Part shown: one piece after another, positions 13,380 to 15,425 of the stretch
Layout of the letters: the number at the start of each line of letters is the position of its first letter
Position numbering within the stretch: the stretch's first letter is position 1
Source: Gemmatimonadaceae bacterium
Lineage (GTDB): Bacteria > Gemmatimonadota > Gemmatimonadetes > Gemmatimonadales > Gemmatimonadaceae
Direction: 5' to 3'
Length of the DNA: 15,425 bases
NCBI GenBank assembly: GCA_035761165.1
Contig: DASTRO010000277.1
Coordinates: 1-15,425, forward strand
The notes under the pieces: model-generated
Database searches by the model: none
Told to the model about the DNA's origin: nothing
Seen by the model: only the letters and a program-made list of their open reading frames with translations
Program-made: the position numbers and the translations under genes

Positions 13380-15401
13380 ATGCCGAACTTCGTGCTCCTG
13401 CCTCGCTGCCGGCTCGCGGCGTTGGGCCTTCTCCTCTCCGCCTGCGCGCCGGCCACGCCACCGGCCACGCCGCCCGCCGCAACACCGGCGGCCGCGTCCG
13501 CGGCCGAGCACCGCGCGATCGTCGTCAGCTTCGACTCGATGAACGAGCGCCGCATGCTGGAGACGGTGGACCCGGCCGCCGTGCCCACCTTCCGTGCCCT
13601 CTTTGCCGGCGGCGCCTGCACCGACGGCGCGCGGCCGGCCTTCCCGAGCCTCACGTCGCCCGGACACGCGGCGCTCTGGACGGGCGCCTACGGCAACGTC
13701 AACGGCATCGCCGCCAATTCGCAGCCGGTGCTGCCGCAGCCCGAGCACACGCTGCTCGAGTCGACGTCCGGCTACTCGGCCGCGGCACTCCGGGCGGAGC
13801 CGATCTGGCTGGCGGCGGCGCGCAGCGGGGTCACCGTCTACGCGCACCACGTGACGCAGGCGCCCGGCCCGCCCGGCTACCCGCCGGTGCGCGGGCCCGA
13901 GCCCGCGCTCGCCGCGCGCCGCGCCGCGGCGGAGTCGCTGCTCGCCCTGCCGGGCGTGCAGGTGGTGAACGGCTACAACCGCGAGATCGCGCCGGCCATC
14001 GCCCTCACGGCGCGCAGCGCACCGCCGCACGAGCCGGGCGCCTGGCGGAACCTGGACCGCCTGGGCGCCACCGTGTCGCCGCGCGAGATCGCCTGGGCGG
14101 TGGGGCGCGGGCGCGACTCGCTCTTCGCGCTGCTCTACGGCCGCGAGCAGATCGACCGCGTGCTGGTGGCGCGCACGCGCGACGCCGCGGCCGGCGTCAC
14201 CGCGGTGGCCGCCCCGGTGGAGCGCGCGCCGATCGCCGGCCGCGCGCTGGCGCGCCACTTCTCGGCGCCGCTCGAGGTGCCGGTGGACGGCGGGCGCGTC
14301 TACGTGAGCGTGCGCCTCTTCGACGTCGCGCCGGACGGCAGCGACTACCTGCTCTTCATTCCCGAGCTGCAGGTGGTGGAGGGAAACCGCCCGGCGGTGG
14401 CGGCGGCCTACGACGCGGCGGTGCGCGGCTGGTACGGCAACTCCGGCCTGCACCTGGCCGAGCGCGGCGGCCTGGGGCCGATGATCGCCGACGGCGGCGA
14501 TGGCACGGCGGAGCTGCGCTACCTGGAGACCGCCGAGCAGATGACGCGCTCGTTCATGCGCGGCGTCGAGTGGGCGTGGACGACACAGCGGCCGCGCCTC
14601 TTCCTCACCTACTTCCCCGGCCTCGACGAGGTGGACCACAGCCCGATCTACGGCCTGTCGGTGCCGGGCGTCCCGGGCTACGACGCCGCCCGGGCAGCGC
14701 GGCTGCGCGAGCTGCGCGCCCGCACCTGGCAGCTGGCGGACCTGCAGCTCGCACAGCTTCGCCGCTTCGTGGGCGACGATCCCAACACCGCGCTCTTCGT
14801 CAGCGGTGACCACGGCATGCGCGTCTACTGGCGCGTCTTCCAACCGAACGTCGCGCTCGCGCAGGCCGGGCTCCTCGCCACGGACAGCACCGGGCGCATC
14901 GACCTGTCGCGCACGAAGGCGCTCTCGCCCAACGGCTACTGGGTGATGCTGAACCGCACGGCGTGGAAGGGCGGGATCGTGCCGCCCGCCGAGGAGGCGG
15001 CGGTGCTGGCCGCGGCGCGCGGGGCGCTGGAGGCGGCGCGCGGGCCCGACGGGCGGCCGATCGTCACCCGGCTCTGGCGCGGCGACGAGGCGGACTCGCT
15101 CGGCATCGGCGGGCCGGTGGGCGGCGACCTGTACTACGACGTGGCCGACGGCTACTACTGGTCCACTGCGGCCACCGGGCCGCTGGTGCGCGATGCCGTG
15201 CCGATGGGGGCGCACGGCTTCCCGAGCGTGCGCGCCGACATGCAGACGGTGTTCTGCATGGCCGGCGTCGCGGTGCCGCCGCATCGCCTTCCCCGCGGGC
15301 GCACCATGGACGTCGCGCCGAGCGTGGCCGAGTGGCTGGGCATGCAGCCGCCGCTCGACGCGGTGGGCCACTCGATCCTCGGCGCGCTGCTCGGCCGGTG
15401 A
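13380..15401 (+). CDS. alkaline phosphatase-superfamily type I phosphodiesterase / nucleotide pyrophosphatase (NPP-like) lipoprotein
   Basis: A lipoprotein signal (LGLLLSAC) is followed by a Pro/Thr/Ala linker. The NPP family motifs are present: VVSFDSM, AFPSLTSPGHAALWTGAYGNVNGIAAN (metal-binding Thr/Ser nucleophile region) and C-terminal VSGDHGM and AHGFPS. The ATG is at 13380 and the TGA at 15399-15401. Confidence 0.75.
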   Translation: MPNFVLLPRCRLAALGLLLSACAPATPPATPPAATPAAASAAEHRAIVVSFDSMNERRMLETVDPAAVPTFRALFAGGACTDGARPAFPSLTSPGHAALWTGAYGNVNGIAANSQPVLPQPEHTLLESTSGYSAAALRAEPIWLAAARSGVTVYAHHVTQAPGPPGYPPVRGPEPALAARRAAAESLLALPGVQVVNGYNREIAPAIALTARSAPPHEPGAWRNLDRLGATVSPREIAWAVGRGRDSLFALLYGREQIDRVLVARTRDAAAGVTAVAAPVERAPIAGRALARHFSAPLEVPVDGGRVYVSVRLFDVAPDGSDYLLFIPELQVVEGNRPAVAAAYDAAVRGWYGNSGLHLAERGGLGPMIADGGDGTAELRYLETAEQMTRSFMRGVEWAWTTQRPRLFLTYFPGLDEVDHSPIYGLSVPGVPGYDAARAARLRELRARTWQLADLQLAQLRRFVGDDPNTALFVSGDHGMRVYWRVFQPNVALAQAGLLATDSTGRIDLSRTKALSPNGYWVMLNRTAWKGGIVPPAEEAAVLAAARGALEAARGPDGRPIVTRLWRGDEADSLGIGGPVGGDLYYDVADGYYWSTAATGPLVRDAVPMGAHGFPSVRADMQTVFCMAGVAVPPHRLPRGRTMDVAPSVAEWLGMQPPLDAVGHSILGALLGR

Positions 15402-15425
15402 GTTGTTAGGCACCGGCGGCCGCGC

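Noticed and set aside
1-15425. A search for tRNA, rRNA, IS element termini/transposase, integrase or phage genes.
   Set aside because: I saw no cloverleaf-like conserved tRNA segments, no transposase, integrase or recombinase-like translations, and no long inverted terminal repeats. The region reads as chromosomal, with one possibly accessory gene trio.

Overview
This is a ~74-75% GC bacterial chromosomal window. I found no rRNA, tRNA, CRISPR array or obvious mobile element. All gene products were assigned by reading the translated ORFs for family motifs; no database search was run. The ADOP-type permease, the Uma2 expansion and the plant/cyanobacterial-type IspH loosely suggest a Gemmatimonadota-, Acidobacteria- or Deinococcus-like lineage, but this is a weak inference.

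Thirteen protein-coding genes are supported:
- (+) 2-559: 3' end of an FtsX/MacB-type ABC permease.
- (-) 603-2339: Hanks-type Ser/Thr kinase 1.
- (-) 2491-3087: Uma2 (DUF820) PD-(D/E)XK endonuclease-like protein.
- (-) 3162-3716: GNAT acetyltransferase.
- (-) 3742-4473: ABATE/CGNR zinc-finger putative regulator.
- (+) 4541-5032: hotdog-fold acyl-CoA thioesterase.
- (-) 5147-6841: flotillin/SPFH (band 7) protein.
- (-) 6843-7391: NfeD-like membrane protein.
- (-) 7406-9400: Ser/Thr kinase 2 with a polytopic membrane C-terminal region.
- (+) 9496-10713: long plant/cyanobacterial-type IspH.
- (-) 10842-12020: M20D amidohydrolase.
- (-) 12017-13141: two-domain VanX-type D-Ala-D-Ala dipeptidase lipoprotein.
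- (+) 13380-15401: alkaline-phosphatase-superfamily phosphodiesterase/nucleotide pyrophosphatase lipoprotein.

The most interesting architecture is the tightly packed minus-strand module kinase 2 -> NfeD -> flotillin (14-nt and 1-nt gaps). Other observations worth a second look are a G-quadruplex-prone polypurine tandem repeat in the kinase 2/ispH divergent promoter, tandem hairpins at the ispH stop codon, and a GTGA-coupled ddpX-M20 pair. Many long overlapping ORFs in the six-frame track are high-GC shadow ORFs and were rejected.
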